Assembly: GCA_963813535.1 (NCBI GenBank)
Contig: CAWEZH010000003.1
Span: forward strand, 160,001 to 224,000
Direction of reading: 5' to 3'
DNA from: an uncultured Chloroflexia bacterium
Lineage (GTDB): Bacteria; Chloroflexota; Limnocylindria; Limnocylindrales; CSP1-4
DNA: 64,000 nucleotides
Position 1 is the first letter of the stretch, and each line of letters starts with the position of its first letter. Both the position numbers and the translations under genes were made by a program. Below, piece after piece: positions 48,771 to 63,630 of the stretch. The notes below the pieces were generated by a model. It was not told where the DNA came from, searched no databases, and saw only the letters and a program-made list of their open reading frames with translations.

Positions 48771-50636
48771 TCAGGAGGTCTTGGTGCGGAAGGACCAGCT
48801 GGTCGAGGTGAGTCGGTTGCCGCTCGGGTCCCTGATGGTGCTGCTCACGTACACGCCGTAGCGCTCGTTGCGGAACATCGACAGCGTCGGGTCGAGGGTC
48901 GCCGTCCGCGAGCCGGCGGCATAGGTCACCTTGGCTCGGACCCAGAACCCGGTGCGAAGATTCTTCAATCGCACCGTCGACGATGACACGCCCTTGACGG
49001 GCTCCGAGAACGTGACTCTTATCGATGCGCTGCGTACGACGCCCGTGGCATTCGCCTTCGGGCTGCGTGACTTGATGGTCGGCTTGATCCGGTCGACGAC
49101 CTTCACGGCCGCGCTCGAGGTGATCGCGAGCTGACCCTCCTCGTCGATGCCCAGGACGGTCCAGCGGTAGCAGGCGCCCGCGGACAGGCCGGTGTCGAGC
49201 GTCGGCGTCACGAAATCGAGCACGACCTGATCGTCAGGGAACTCGAATTCATCCGGACACGATCCGCTGATGAGGTTCCACTGCGTGCGCACGAGTTGCC
49301 CGGCGATGACCTCGTGGCTCGCGGTCCACGCGACGGTGTATGTCGAACCGGACTGGGTCACCGTGCTCGTCGGCGAGGTGAAGGTGAACGTGAGTGGATC
49401 CGTGATGCCCGGAGCCGGCTCCAGGTCGGGGAGCGGATCCGGCACGGGCTCCGTCAACGCCGCGAGGACGTCGAGCCGGCCAGAGCCGTAGCTGTTGTCG
49501 CGTCCGGGCTCGCCGAGATCGACACTGCTCGTGCGGATGACCGCTTCGAGCTCGGCGACCTCGAGTCCGGGCCGGGCCGACCAGACGAGCGCCGCGCCGC
49601 CGGCGACGTGGGGTGTCGCCATGCTGGTGCCGCTCGCCCGCTCGTAATCGCCGAAGGCCGTCGACAACGTCTCGACACCGGGAGCCGCGATGTCGACGCC
49701 GCGGTTGAAGGTCGAGAAGTCGGCGAGGACATCGGAGCCGTCGACCGCACCGACCGACACGACCCCGTGGAGCGCCGCCGGGTATTCGATGAGTGGCGTC
49801 CCGGTGTTGCCGGAAGCGGCAACGGTGAGGATGCCCGCCGAGCGGGCGGCGCTGAACGTCGGCTGGACGAGCGCGACCTGCTCAGGGTCCAGGTCGCCGC
49901 CCAGCGACATGTTGATGATGTCGGCGCCGTGCGTCCGTGCCCAATCGACCGCATCGAGCAGGTCCGAGAAGCTCCCGAAGCCGAACTCGTCGAGGACCTT
50001 GATGGGCATCAGGGAGCTCGTCGGTGCGATCCCCGCGATCCCCTCGCCGTTGTCGGTCTGGGCGAAGATCGTGCCGGCGACGTGGGTGCCGTGCCCGGCA
50101 TCGTCCGTGACGTCCGTGTTGTTCCAGATCTCGTTGCGTGGATCGACGACGTCGACACCCACCAGGTCGGGATGGGTGAGATCGACGCCGCTGTCGATGA
50201 CCGCGACGACGACGTTGGGATCACCCGTCGTAATCGGCCAGCTTTCGGGAACGTTGATCTGGTCGAGGTCGTCCTGGTCGCCGAAGCGAGGGTCGTCCGG
50301 CGGGTCGGCGGGCCAGTCGGACGCCTTGATCTTCGCGTCCGGGACCACCGCCAGGACACGCGGGTCGTTGCGCAGGGCTCGACCCACCGCGCCGGCCTTG
50401 CCCGAGTCCGCCGTCACGACCATGCGCTGGTCGGACGCCGTGCGAGCCGCACGGCGGACACCGGCGATCCCGAGCTTCGCGGGCGCATGGTCCCGCCAGA
50501 TGACGATGAACCGCCCGCCGGGCGCGGCGACGTCGCTGGCGCGCACGGGCGCGGCCGCCACGGCCGGCACGAACGCGGCAAGGGCGAAGACGGTCGCAAG
50601 GACGACCGACATCGGGCGGCGGAAGCGTGATGTCAC
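48771..50636 (-). CDS. Secreted S8 subtilase with C-terminal Big_5-like domain
   Basis: Triad VAVIDSG / GHGTHVAG / SGTSMATPHVAG; signal peptide; C-terminal PTIKSRSP...VTFSEPV...WSFRT. Confidence 0.93.
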   Translation of the reverse strand: MTSRFRRPMSVVLATVFALAAFVPAVAAAPVRASDVAAPGGRFIVIWRDHAPAKLGIAGVRRAARTASDQRMVVTADSGKAGAVGRALRNDPRVLAVVPDAKIKASDWPADPPDDPRFGDQDDLDQINVPESWPITTGDPNVVVAVIDSGVDLTHPDLVGVDVVDPRNEIWNNTDVTDDAGHGTHVAGTIFAQTDNGEGIAGIAPTSSLMPIKVLDEFGFGSFSDLLDAVDWARTHGADIINMSLGGDLDPEQVALVQPTFSAARSAGILTVAASGNTGTPLIEYPAALHGVVSVGAVDGSDVLADFSTFNRGVDIAAPGVETLSTAFGDYERASGTSMATPHVAGGAALVWSARPGLEVAELEAVIRTSSVDLGEPGRDNSYGSGRLDVLAALTEPVPDPLPDLEPAPGITDPLTFTFTSPTSTVTQSGSTYTVAWTASHEVIAGQLVRTQWNLISGSCPDEFEFPDDQVVLDFVTPTLDTGLSAGACYRWTVLGIDEEGQLAITSSAAVKVVDRIKPTIKSRSPKANATGVVRSASIRVTFSEPVKGVSSSTVRLKNLRTGFWVRAKVTYAAGSRTATLDPTLSMFRNERYGVYVSSTIRDPSGNRLTSTSWSFRTKTS

Positions 50637-50808
50637 GAGGCAGCTCCAGACGACATCGAAGTCCGGAGGCACACCCCCATGCATGCCCTTGGTCGTCCGT
50701 CGTCGATGGCGAGTCGAGCGGACGATAATGGCACGGACCGGTCGAGGCAATGACCATCCCCATGCTGGGGCCGAGTCGGTGGTGCCGGGAGGCTACGGCT
50801 CTCGGACG

Positions 50809-52236
50809 TCAGGCTTGCGTCGGCGCGAGCGCGCTCGCGCGATCCTCGCTCCGGGCGGGATGGAGCCGACCGCCGATCGCGACGCCGAGGAGCGCGACCC
50901 CGACCGCGACGCCGAAACCGATCGCCAGACCCACGACCGGGTCGCCGACGCTCCGGACGGATGCGGCGACGAGCGCGCCGGTGATGCCGGTCCCGAGCGC
51001 CGTGCCGAGCGAATTGGTCAGGGAGATGGCGGAGGATGCGCGGCCCTGCTCGGCCGTCGGTGCCTCCCGGAGCACGATCAGGGCGAGCGGCGAGTACGCC
51101 AGACCCATGGCGTAGCCGGCCACGGCCAGCGTCGGGATGGCCAGCCACGGTGAGACCTGGGGCAACAGCACCACACCGAAGCTCGCCAGACCGACGACCA
51201 GGACCAGCAGGCCGGCGCGGACGAACCGCTCCGGTGCCCAGCGCGACGAGTAGTGGGCCTGTGTCCATGATCCGGCCGTCCAGCTGATGGTGGCCGCGGT
51301 GAGGGCGATGCCCGCTTCCACCGGGCGAAGGCCGCGCCAGTCGACGAGCGCCAGCGCCACGTACGCATCGACGGCGAAGAAGGCGAACGTGATGATCCCG
51401 CGCATCAGGACGGCGGCAGGCAGCCCACGGGCGGCGCGGAGCGTGCCCGCGGGGGTGAGCCGTCGGAGCGCGAAGACCGCGAGCGTGATGCCGACCGTCG
51501 CGAGGATCGCCAGCGGGATGGCCTGACCGCTGGTCAGGCCTGCGAGGAGCAGCCCCGTGCCGAGCGCGACGACGAATGCGAGCGGTGCCCGCTCTCGGAG
51601 CGTGGCGGCGTTGGCGGCATCGGTCGGATCGGGCCCGATCTTGCGCACCGCCCGGAACGCCATGGCCGACGAGAGGACGATTAGCGGCAGCAGCCCCAGG
51701 AACACCCAGCGCCAGCCGAACGCCTCACCGACGATGCCCGCCAGCGCCGGACCGAGGACGCCGGGGATGACCCACGCCGTCGACAGTGTGGCGAACATCC
51801 GGGGCCGAAGGTGCTCGGGCAGGCTGCGTCCGATGGCCACGTACGCGATCGGCGGCACGGTGCCTGCTCCGAGACCCTGGAGGAACCGGGCGGCCACGAG
51901 GATCTCCATGGATGGCGCGAGACCGCCGATGATCAGGCCGGCGGCGAACAGGCCGATCCCGACCGCGAACGGGCCGCCCAGCCCCCGGCGATCGATCAGC
52001 CCACCGACCAGCACGATGCCGATCAGCGAGCCCAGCATGAACGCCGTGAAGACCCAGCCGTAGAGCTCGATGCCGTTCAGCTCCTCGGCGACGATCGGCA
52101 TGATCGTCGAGACCGCGAGGGCCTCGAACGCCACGAGCGTGATGGTGAGGACGAGCCCGACCGTGAGGCTGCGCCGACCCGGCGACCACAGACCGCCGCC
52201 ATCGGCCCGCGCGGTCCCGGGTTGGCTCACTGACAT
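50809..52236 (-). CDS. MFS drug-efflux-like transporter
   Basis: AFEALAV...P, ARFLQGLG, GPALAG...GWRWVF; many TMs. Confidence 0.88.
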   Translation of the reverse strand: MSVSQPGTARADGGGLWSPGRRSLTVGLVLTITLVAFEALAVSTIMPIVAEELNGIELYGWVFTAFMLGSLIGIVLVGGLIDRRGLGGPFAVGIGLFAAGLIIGGLAPSMEILVAARFLQGLGAGTVPPIAYVAIGRSLPEHLRPRMFATLSTAWVIPGVLGPALAGIVGEAFGWRWVFLGLLPLIVLSSAMAFRAVRKIGPDPTDAANAATLRERAPLAFVVALGTGLLLAGLTSGQAIPLAILATVGITLAVFALRRLTPAGTLRAARGLPAAVLMRGIITFAFFAVDAYVALALVDWRGLRPVEAGIALTAATISWTAGSWTQAHYSSRWAPERFVRAGLLVLVVGLASFGVVLLPQVSPWLAIPTLAVAGYAMGLAYSPLALIVLREAPTAEQGRASSAISLTNSLGTALGTGITGALVAASVRSVGDPVVGLAIGFGVAVGVALLGVAIGGRLHPARSEDRASALAPTQA

Positions 52237-52295
52237 GGTCCAAGTGTGCCGCGGTTCTCCGGTCCGTGCCTCGGCGGTCCGTCGCTACGGCGCTG

Positions 52296-56121
<3,826 letters not shown>

Positions 56122-56129
<8 letters not shown>

Positions 56130-56817
56130 CGGGCGTCCCATCCCGCGGCGGGAGGGCCCGCCGCCAGCCAGTGCGCGTCCGTCGGATGCCCTGATCGTCG
56201 GGCGGCCCGTCGATCTCACCGGGCGCCGCGAGACGCGACACGTCGGCCTCGCGCAGCTGGAACGTGTTGAAGCGATTCGCGGCCTTGCTCGTGCCGTCAC
56301 GAGCCCAGGCCTCGACGCCGTCCGTCGCAGCATCGAGCAGCTCATCGAGGCGCTGGACCTCGTCGGGCTCGAAGCGCGACAGGACGTGGTCGCGCGCATC
56401 CCTGACCGGATCGCCGATACCGATGCGGAACCGGCTGAATTTCTCGGTGCCGAGCTCGTCGACGATCGATCGCAGGCCGTTGTGGCCCCCATGACTGCCC
56501 GATTCGCGGAACCGCAGCTTGCCGAACGGCAGGGCGAAGTCATCGGCGACGACCAGGAGATCCCCAAGGGGGGCGTGCTCCCGCGCCAGCACCTTGCGGA
56601 CCGCGAGACCCGAGTCGTTCATCCAGGTCAGTGGCTTGACGAGGGTCAGGTCAAGCCCCTCGTACCGGCCCATCACGACATTGGAGGCGTCACGCTGCCG
56701 GCCACGGCCCGACCAACCGGCGCGCTCCGCGAGCCGGTCGAGCACGAGCCAACCGATGTTGTGACGCGTCCCGGCGTACCGCTCACCCGGATTGCCGAGC
56801 CCGACGACGACCTTCAC
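56122..56817 (-). CDS. pth: Peptidyl-tRNA hydrolase
   Basis: GLGNPG...TRHNIG, KPLTWMNDSG, GGHNGLRS. Confidence 0.96.
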
Positions 56818-56949
56818 GTTCCCTGCCTGACGATCCTGCGGACAGCACGATGTGGCCCGAATCCCGTCCGACGGGCGACGTCATGACATCGCTCGACACC
56901 GCGGGAGGGCCGAGCGTCGATGGTACCTGCCGACGGGTTCGACCGCCGG

Positions 56950-57499
56950 TCAGCGGCGGGAACGGCGCGACGGCCGGGGCGTGACGGCCAGTAGTCGACG
57001 CTCCAGGGCTCGCATCTCACGTTCGTCCGACGGGGTCGCATGGTCCCGGCCGCAGATGTGGAGCGCCCCGTGGGTCACGAGGAGTCGCATCTCGTCGGCC
57101 GGGCGACCAGCGGACATCGCCGGTCTGGCCGCCGCGACCTTGAGCGGCCTGCTCGATCGCGCGCTCGACCGACACGACGATGTCGCCGAGATAGATACGA
57201 CGTCCGGGTGGCCGCGGGACGGCGGGCACGGCGGCTCCCGAGGTGAACGACGAGGGTGGCAGCAACGGGAAGGACAGGACGTCCGTCGGTCCCACGTGAC
57301 CCATGTGCTTGAGGTTCAGCGTGGCCAGCTCCGCATCGTCAGCGAGGATCAGGCCTATCGACGCTGGCGACGGAGCATCGATCGCATCGAGCGCCATCGC
57401 GATGGTGCGCGCCAGACTGGCCGTCGATGCCGGGGGGCGGACGCCATCGCGCACGTCGATGTCGATCCGCCACGGTCGGTGGTAGATCGACCGGGTCAC
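56950..57499 (-). CDS. ybeY: rRNA maturation endonuclease YbeY; +1 frameshift near 57101
   Basis: PTDVLSFP and LGDIVVS in one frame; HGALHICGRDH...EMRALE in the next frame (manual translation), stop at 56950. Confidence 0.88.
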
Positions 57500-59682
57500 G
57501 AGACGGGTCGATCGCCTCCGGCGCCCGCCGATCCGCCCGCCGCCTTGGCCCGCCGTGACTCGAGCTCGACGACCGTGTTCTGGGGATAGGCGATGCGCGT
57601 GTGGTACATGCCGAGGAGCTGCGCCACGAAGGCGTCCTTGATCCGCTCCAGGTCCCGGAAGGTCAGGTCGCACTCGTCGAACTGGCCGTCGGCGATGCGC
57701 TCGTCGATGATGCGCGACACCATCGCCCGGATCGAGGGCTCATCGCGGGAGACCAGCGAGCGGACCGACGCCTCGACGCTGTCGGCGAGCATGATCAGCG
57801 CCGCTTCCCGTGTCTGGGGCTTCGGGCCCGCGTGCCGGAATCTGCGCTCGTCGACCGCGGCGGCCGCCTTGGTCCCCTCGGACGTACCGAGGCCGCCGAA
57901 TGCCTCCGCAGCGCGCTCCCGAGCGCGGGCCAGGAAGTAGCTCATGACCGCCGTCCCGTGGTGCTGCGGGATGTACGCGATGAGGGCCTTGGGGAGGCGC
58001 GCCGCGTAGGCGATGTCGATGCCATCGGCGACGTGCTGCTTGACGATCTGCGCGCTCACCTCGGGCTCGAGCTCATCGTGGATGTTCTCGCCGCCCGCCT
58101 GGTTCTCGATGAACGCCAGCGGGTTCGAGAGCTTGCCGACGTCGTGGTAGTAGGCAGCGACCCGAGTGACGAGCGAGTCGGCCCCGATCGCTTCGGCCGC
58201 CCGCTCCGCGAGATTGCCGACCATCAACGAGTGGTGGTACGTGCCGGGCGTCTCGACCAACAGGCGGCGGAGCAACGGCTGCGACGGGTTCGCCAGCTCG
58301 AGCAATTGGAAGACGGTGAGGATGCCGAAGGCCGATCCGAGCACCGCGAAGGTGCCGACTGCCGCCACAGCGGAGCCGGCCGCGGACGCGCCTGAGGCGA
58401 ACCACAGCTCGAGGACCCCGCGGATATCTCGGGTGCCGAGCAGCGAGAAGACCGAGACCACGAGCGCATTGACGATGAACACGGCGATCGCGGCCTGCAC
58501 GAAGACCTGGAGCCGATCGCCCTTGCGGACGGTCAGGATGCCGGCAAGACCACCGAGGAAGATGTAGGTCGCGAACTCGAGCGACGAGCCTGCGAGTGCC
58601 CCGCCGACGATGGCGATGATGGCCATCACGATGGTCGCGACGGAGGCATCGAGCAGGATCACGAGGACCATTCCGATCGCGGCGGTCGGCAGGAAGTACC
58701 CGAGGAGCTCGCGACCGGCGGTCACCTTCAGGGCCACCGCCGTACCGACGAGCAGCAGTCCGATCAGCAGCAGCACGTTGCCGCGGTGCCAAAGGACCGG
58801 TCGGAACCGCCAGATCCAGGTCAACAGCATGGCGACCGTGAGGACCGCGAGCAGGAACCAGCCCCCGAACGTCGCGACGTCGAGTGGCGCGTCCACGCCG
58901 AGCCCGAGGGCCTCGATGACCTCGAGATCGGCGGCGGTCAGCGGCGTGCCGTTGCGCACGACCACCTCGCCCTGCGCGATCTCGACGCGGACCGGCTGGA
59001 CCTCCTCGGCCGCGCGGTCGCGGGCCTGATCGGTCAGGGTCTGATCGAACGACGAGTTCGGCACGAGCAGCGGCCGGATCAGCTCCCCGGCCAGCATCCG
59101 CTCCGCCTCGTCCAGGTCGCCACCCATGCGGCCGCTGATGGTCGCCCTGGCATCGGCGACCTGCGTGTCGCGGAGCTCGGTGCGCAGTGTCCCGTCGAGG
59201 ACCCGTGCGGCCTCGGTGCGGACGGCCGCCCAGCGGGGAGCGTCGATCGCCTGCAGCGTGGCCTGGGTTGTGTCGGTCAGACCGGGAATCGCCGTCTCGA
59301 GGAGTGCTGTCCGCTCTTCCGCGGTGAGATCCGTCGCGAAGGCGGTATCGACACGTCCCACTCGCTCGGTGAACGCCGTTGCCTGCTCGTTGGCGATGGC
59401 GATGGCATTCTCGGCGGTGAAGTCGAACTGGAACGGGACCGCCGCACGCGCCGTCGTCCGGGCCTCCTCGGTCAGGGTCTGGCTTTCGAACGAGAGCGCA
59501 CGCGGGGCGGTCAGGTCCTCGCGGACGACCTCGCCCAGTTCGTAGCGCACCGGATCCGATGGCAGCAGGTCGACCGACAGGATCGCCGTGATCACGATGA
59601 TCAGCGCCGAGGCGGCCACCGCCAGGCGGACGGCGTCGTTGCGGGTGAACCGCGCCAGGACGGGGGCGCGCTGGGTCAGCAT
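57496..59682 (-). CDS. pgpH: 7TM-HD phosphohydrolase, PgpH-like c-di-AMP phosphodiesterase
   Basis: Extracellular domain, multi-TM, PGTYHHS, YYHDVGK, HHGT, GPKP, LADSVEA; conserved position before ybeY. Confidence 0.85.
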   Translation of the reverse strand: MLTQRAPVLARFTRNDAVRLAVAASALIIVITAILSVDLLPSDPVRYELGEVVREDLTAPRALSFESQTLTEEARTTARAAVPFQFDFTAENAIAIANEQATAFTERVGRVDTAFATDLTAEERTALLETAIPGLTDTTQATLQAIDAPRWAAVRTEAARVLDGTLRTELRDTQVADARATISGRMGGDLDEAERMLAGELIRPLLVPNSSFDQTLTDQARDRAAEEVQPVRVEIAQGEVVVRNGTPLTAADLEVIEALGLGVDAPLDVATFGGWFLLAVLTVAMLLTWIWRFRPVLWHRGNVLLLIGLLLVGTAVALKVTAGRELLGYFLPTAAIGMVLVILLDASVATIVMAIIAIVGGALAGSSLEFATYIFLGGLAGILTVRKGDRLQVFVQAAIAVFIVNALVVSVFSLLGTRDIRGVLELWFASGASAAGSAVAAVGTFAVLGSAFGILTVFQLLELANPSQPLLRRLLVETPGTYHHSLMVGNLAERAAEAIGADSLVTRVAAYYHDVGKLSNPLAFIENQAGGENIHDELEPEVSAQIVKQHVADGIDIAYAARLPKALIAYIPQHHGTAVMSYFLARARERAAEAFGGLGTSEGTKAAAAVDERRFRHAGPKPQTREAALIMLADSVEASVRSLVSRDEPSIRAMVSRIIDERIADGQFDECDLTFRDLERIKDAFVAQLLGMYHTRIAYPQNTVVELESRRAKAAGGSAGAGGDRPVS

Positions 59683-60161
59683 CAGTGGTCGCTCACGTCA
59701 TGAGCCGCGAGGTCGGCCTGGGCGAGCGCGCTCGCGACCCGCCCGCTGACGACCTTGCCGTCAGCCCGGCCGCGTGTCTTCGGGGCGAGCCAGCCCATGA
59801 CCTTGCCGAGGTCGCGTGCGCTCGTGGCACCCGTCGCGGCGACGGCCTCAGCGACCAGGCGGTCGATCTCGGCCTCGGACAGGGCCTGCGGCAGGTACTC
59901 GGCCAGGATGTCGATCTCGGACTGCTCCTTCGCGGCAAGGTCGGCCCGGCCACCCTTGGTGTACGCCTCGACCGACTCGCGGCGCGTCTTGACCTCCCGG
60001 GTCAGCACACCGAGGTACTCGTCGTCCGTCACCGGACGCTGCTCGCGCTTTTCGATCGCGTAGGCGGCATTGGCGGCCATGCGCAGGACATCGCGACGCA
60101 GGGCGTCACCGCCGCGCATCGCGGCGGTGATGTCGGACTGGATGCGTTCCTGAAGGGACAC
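59682..60161 (-). CDS. yqeY: GatB/YqeY domain protein
   Basis: REVKTRRES, YLPQALS, DLGKVMG, GRADGK; follows rpsU. Confidence 0.92.
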   Translation of the reverse strand: MSLQERIQSDITAAMRGGDALRRDVLRMAANAAYAIEKREQRPVTDDEYLGVLTREVKTRRESVEAYTKGGRADLAAKEQSEIDILAEYLPQALSEAEIDRLVAEAVAATGATSARDLGKVMGWLAPKTRGRADGKVVSGRVASALAQADLAAHDVSDH

Positions 60162-60235
60162 CGGTCTGGCTTACCTCGGGCGGTCGTGCGAGACGCCCGT
60201 GGGGTCGCAGGCTGTCGGCGGCGGTGCGGTCCCGC

Positions 60236-60421
60236 TCAGCCGGCCTGCGTTCGGGCGTTCTTCTTGCGCTTTGCTTCCTTGCGCTTGCGCTTCACGGAGG
60301 GCTTCTCGTAGTGCTCGCGTCGGCGAGCCTCGGCGAGGATGCCGCTCTGCTGGATCTTCTTGTTGAAGCGACGCAGGGCGCTCTCGAACGTCTCGTTCTC
60401 CCCTACTCGGACTTCAGCCAA
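60236..60421 (-). CDS. rpsU: 30S ribosomal protein S21
   Basis: ESALRRF...[18 protein letters not shown]; TTG start after AGGAGG. Confidence 0.97.
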   Translation of the reverse strand: MAEVRVGENETFESALRRFNKKIQQSGILAEARRREHYEKPSVKRKRKEAKRKKNARTQAG

Positions 60422-60524
60422 TCGGTGTTCACCTCCTTCGACCAGGGTCTCGTGTGCGGCGTCCTGATGCGCGGCCGACCGATCGGAACGCGGGCTCGAG
60501 CGGCCAGGGCCGCAGAGCCGCCGG

Positions 60525-60553
60525 AGTCTACCCGAGGGGTCCGGGGTGGTCAA
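60525..60553 (-). promoter_or_regulatory. Sigma70-type promoter of rpsU
   Basis: Minus strand TTGACC, 17 nt, TAGACT. Confidence 0.75.
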
Positions 60554-60631
60554 ACGGTCCAGAACGCCCTCGACGGAGCGTCGTACGATGCGGCGACCCG
60601 TCACGTCGCAGCACCCCAACGGAAGTCGGCG

Positions 60632-62239
60632 ATGCCCGGAACGCTGCTCGATCTGCTCGATTCCGCCGTGACCCGCTATGGCGAGCGGCCGGCACTGGGC
60701 GTGCGCCACGACGACGGGTCGACGACGACCTGGAGCTACCGCGATCTCGACCGTCGGGCCCGCATCGCGGCATGGCGGCTACGGGCGCTGGACCTCGAAC
60801 CGGGCGACCGGGTCTTGACGTGGAGCCCGTCGACGCCCGAGTTGCCGGCGGCTTACTACGGCGCGATGCACGCTCGACTTGTGCTGGTCCCCCTGGACCT
60901 GCGGATGTCACCGGACGCGGTCGAGATGATCGTGCGAGCGTCGGGAGCCCGGCACCTGATCCTGGGCACTGGCCGAGATGCACCCGATCCGCGCGAGGCC
61001 GGCCTCGCGGACTTCCCGACCACGAGCGTCGACGCGCTGGCCGCCGAGCCCGCCGACGGCGACCCAGCGTTCCCGCCCGACTGGGAGGCTCGCCAGGCGT
61101 CATGGGGTCGACCGGCCGCCGACGAGGTCTTCGAGCTGGTCTTCACCAGCGGGACCACCGGCACGCCGAAGGGCGTGATGCTGGCCCACGACAACGTCGT
61201 CGCGTCGATCGAGTCATTCCACCGGATCATCCCGCCGATGGACCATCGCATCGTGTCGCTGCTGCCGCTGTCCCACCTGCTCGAGCAGGCCGTCGGGCTG
61301 TACTACGCGCTCGACGTCGGGGCAGACGTGCTGTACGTCCGGAGTCGGAACCCGCGGGTGATCTTCGACGCGCTCCGCGACCACCGGGTGACGAGCATGA
61401 TCGTCGTCCCCCAGGTGCTGGACCTGTTCTGGAGCGCCATCGAGCGCGAGGTGGCGAAGCGTGGTCGGACCGGATCGTTCGAACGGCTCCGAGGCATCGC
61501 ACGACGGCTCCCGGTCTCGATCCGTCGTCTGCTGTTCCGCAGCGTCCACGCGCAACTCGGCGGGCACTTCCGGTTGTTCCTGTCGTCCGGGGCGTTCCTG
61601 CCGCCGGCGCTCCAACAGGCGTGGGAGGACATCGGCGTCACGGTGCTGCAGGGCTACGGGGCGACGGAGACCGGGACCGGCTCGTGCACCACGCTGGACG
61701 ACCACGGACTCGGGACGGTCGGGCGCGTCCCCGCGGGCATCGAGATGCGCCTCGCCCCCGACGGGGAGATCCAGTTCCGCGGTCGGACCGTCTTCAAGGG
61801 CTACTGGAACGCACCCGATCTGACGTCGCAGGCGTTCACCGATGACGGCTGGTATCGGACCGGCGACCTCGGGCGGTTCGATGCGGACGGACGTCTCATC
61901 CTGAGCGGTCGACTGAAGGACATGATCGTCCTGCCGAATGGATTCAACGTCTATCCGGAGGACATCGAGAACGCCTTGCGTATCGCCGGCGTCCGTGACG
62001 CGGTCGTCGTCGAGACCGATCCGGGGCGGATCGAGGCGGTCGTGCTGGCGCTCCAGGACGAAGAGCCGGCCGCGACCAAGACCCGCATCGACACGGCTGT
62101 CAAGGCCGCGAACACGACGCTCGGCTCGAACCAGCGGATCGCCGGCTGGCGGCTGTGGCCGGGCGAGGACTACCCGCGGACGCACACCCTCAAGATCAAG
62201 CGCGATCCGATCCGGCAGTGGGCCAAGGCGGGCGGCTGA
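60632..62239 (+). CDS. AMP-dependent long-chain acyl-CoA synthetase-like enzyme
   Basis: [39 protein letters not shown]. Confidence 0.9.
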   Translation: MPGTLLDLLDSAVTRYGERPALGVRHDDGSTTTWSYRDLDRRARIAAWRLRALDLEPGDRVLTWSPSTPELPAAYYGAMHARLVLVPLDLRMSPDAVEMIVRASGARHLILGTGRDAPDPREAGLADFPTTSVDALAAEPADGDPAFPPDWEARQASWGRPAADEVFELVFTSGTTGTPKGVMLAHDNVVASIESFHRIIPPMDHRIVSLLPLSHLLEQAVGLYYALDVGADVLYVRSRNPRVIFDALRDHRVTSMIVVPQVLDLFWSAIEREVAKRGRTGSFERLRGIARRLPVSIRRLLFRSVHAQLGGHFRLFLSSGAFLPPALQQAWEDIGVTVLQGYGATETGTGSCTTLDDHGLGTVGRVPAGIEMRLAPDGEIQFRGRTVFKGYWNAPDLTSQAFTDDGWYRTGDLGRFDADGRLILSGRLKDMIVLPNGFNVYPEDIENALRIAGVRDAVVVETDPGRIEAVVLALQDEEPAATKTRIDTAVKAANTTLGSNQRIAGWRLWPGEDYPRTHTLKIKRDPIRQWAKAGG

Positions 62240-62273
62240 CGGTCGGGCGCCCCCGGCAACGCCTAACGCGACC

Positions 62274-62813
62274 TCAGGACGGGACCGGCACCCCCGTGCC
62301 GAGCGTCTCGAGGGCCGTCTGGATGTCCGGCTGGAGCGGGTCCTCGGCCCCTTCGGGCACCCATGAGTACATGACGACGGTCGGCCCGACGAGACGGATG
62401 ATGTGGCGCGCTCCGAGCGCGGACTGGACCTTGGCCGGGCCGGTCGCGAGGTAGGCCGCCTGTGCGCTGGCGGCATCCGAGGCCGTCGTCGGATCGGGAA
62501 ACTCGTAGACGACGATGAAACCCTCCTGCGGCGCCTGCGGGAGGATCACTTGGTAGAGCGCCCGGGGCGTGGTCGTGAAGCGTGCGTCCTCGGGCGGGCG
62601 GAACGGCGCCTGCGAGTCCTGGAGGACGAGGTTCTTGGTGCCGAGGGCGCGGACGAGGTCGGCACGGGTCTGGGCGACCACCGGACCGGCAGTCCGAGTC
62701 GGGCCCAGGCTCGGTTGGAGCGGGCCGGGCGTGGGGACGGCGGCAGGATCACCCGGGGCGCACGCCGCGAGCAGGAGCGCCACGGCGACCGCCAGGATCA
62801 GCCGGGCGGCCAT
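62274..62813 (-). CDS. Hypothetical lipoprotein
   Basis: Lipobox LLAAC; overlaps the end of the HIT gene. Confidence 0.75.
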   Translation of the reverse strand: MAARLILAVAVALLLAACAPGDPAAVPTPGPLQPSLGPTRTAGPVVAQTRADLVRALGTKNLVLQDSQAPFRPPEDARFTTTPRALYQVILPQAPQEGFIVVYEFPDPTTASDAASAQAAYLATGPAKVQSALGARHIIRLVGPTVVMYSWVPEGAEDPLQPDIQTALETLGTGVPVPS

Positions 62814-63145
62814 TCGAACGCGCGGCCTCCCATGAGGTGGACATGCAGGTGGTCGACGGACTGGCCACCCCATCGCCCGACGTTCGACACGAGCCGATAG
62901 CCCGACTCGGCGATCCCCTCGGAGCGGGCGAGGTCCGCGGCGACGGCGAAGATGTGGCCGACCATCGAGCTGTCCTCGTCGGTGAGGTCGAGCGCCGACG
63001 CGACGTGGCGCTTCGGCATCAGCAGGATGTGCGTCGGGGCGCGCGGGGCGATGTCGCGGATACCGAGGACGAGGTCGTCCTCGTGCACCTTGGCCGATGG
63101 GAGCTCACCCGCGACGATCCGGCAGAACAGGCAGTCGGTGGCCAT
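62798..63145 (-). CDS. HIT-family nucleotide-binding protein
   Basis: DCLFCRI, DIAPRAPTH, QSVDHLHVH, WPPG. Confidence 0.95.
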   Translation of the reverse strand: MATDCLFCRIVAGELPSAKVHEDDLVLGIRDIAPRAPTHILLMPKRHVASALDLTDEDSSMVGHIFAVAADLARSEGIAESGYRLVSNVGRWGGQSVDHLHVHLMGGRAFEWPPG

Positions 63146-63603
63146 CAGAGGCTCGGCTTGGTGCTCATCAGGAACCCGATGACACCGACGAGGCCGGCCA
63201 TCAGGTACGACATGTAGCGCTGGCGCTTCGCGCGCTCGAGCCAGACCTGGTCATCGGGGGCGGCCTTGATCCCGATGAGCCGGCGCAGGTTCGGACGCTG
63301 GATGAAGAACGCCAGCCCGAGGTTCACGGCGTAGATCGCCAACGCGACGAGCAGCCACGGCTGCTGCAGGAGCGACGGTCCCAGTGCCAGCACCAGGCCG
63401 ATGCCGGTGATCGCCAGGCCCGCGCCGATGATCATCGTGCCGTGCGACTGGCCCCACAGCAGCGTCCGGACGACCCCACTCTCGGAGTCGACCGCCGCTC
63501 TCCGCGTCCGCAGGGCGAACGGCAGCAGGATCGACGGCAGGAACAGCCCGATCGCCAGCGCGATGTGCGTCACGAGCAGCACCGGGACGAGGGTGGTCGG
63601 CAT
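63145..63603 (-). CDS. Small four-TM membrane protein (DUF2269-like)
   Basis: Four hydrophobic segments, His in TM1, C-terminal LMSTKP. Confidence 0.7.
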   Translation of the reverse strand: MPTTLVPVLLVTHIALAIGLFLPSILLPFALRTRRAAVDSESGVVRTLLWGQSHGTMIIGAGLAITGIGLVLALGPSLLQQPWLLVALAIYAVNLGLAFFIQRPNLRRLIGIKAAPDDQVWLERAKRQRYMSYLMAGLVGVIGFLMSTKPSL

Positions 63604-63630
63604 CCGGCCGATCGTACCAGCGGCCATCGT

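Noticed and set aside
48771-50636. Idea that the S8 protease is the cognate trigger of the A2M anti-sigma because both have Big_5-like domains
   Set aside because: It is 31 kb away, has a sigma70-type rather than ECF-type promoter, and Big_5 is a common module; there is no direct support.
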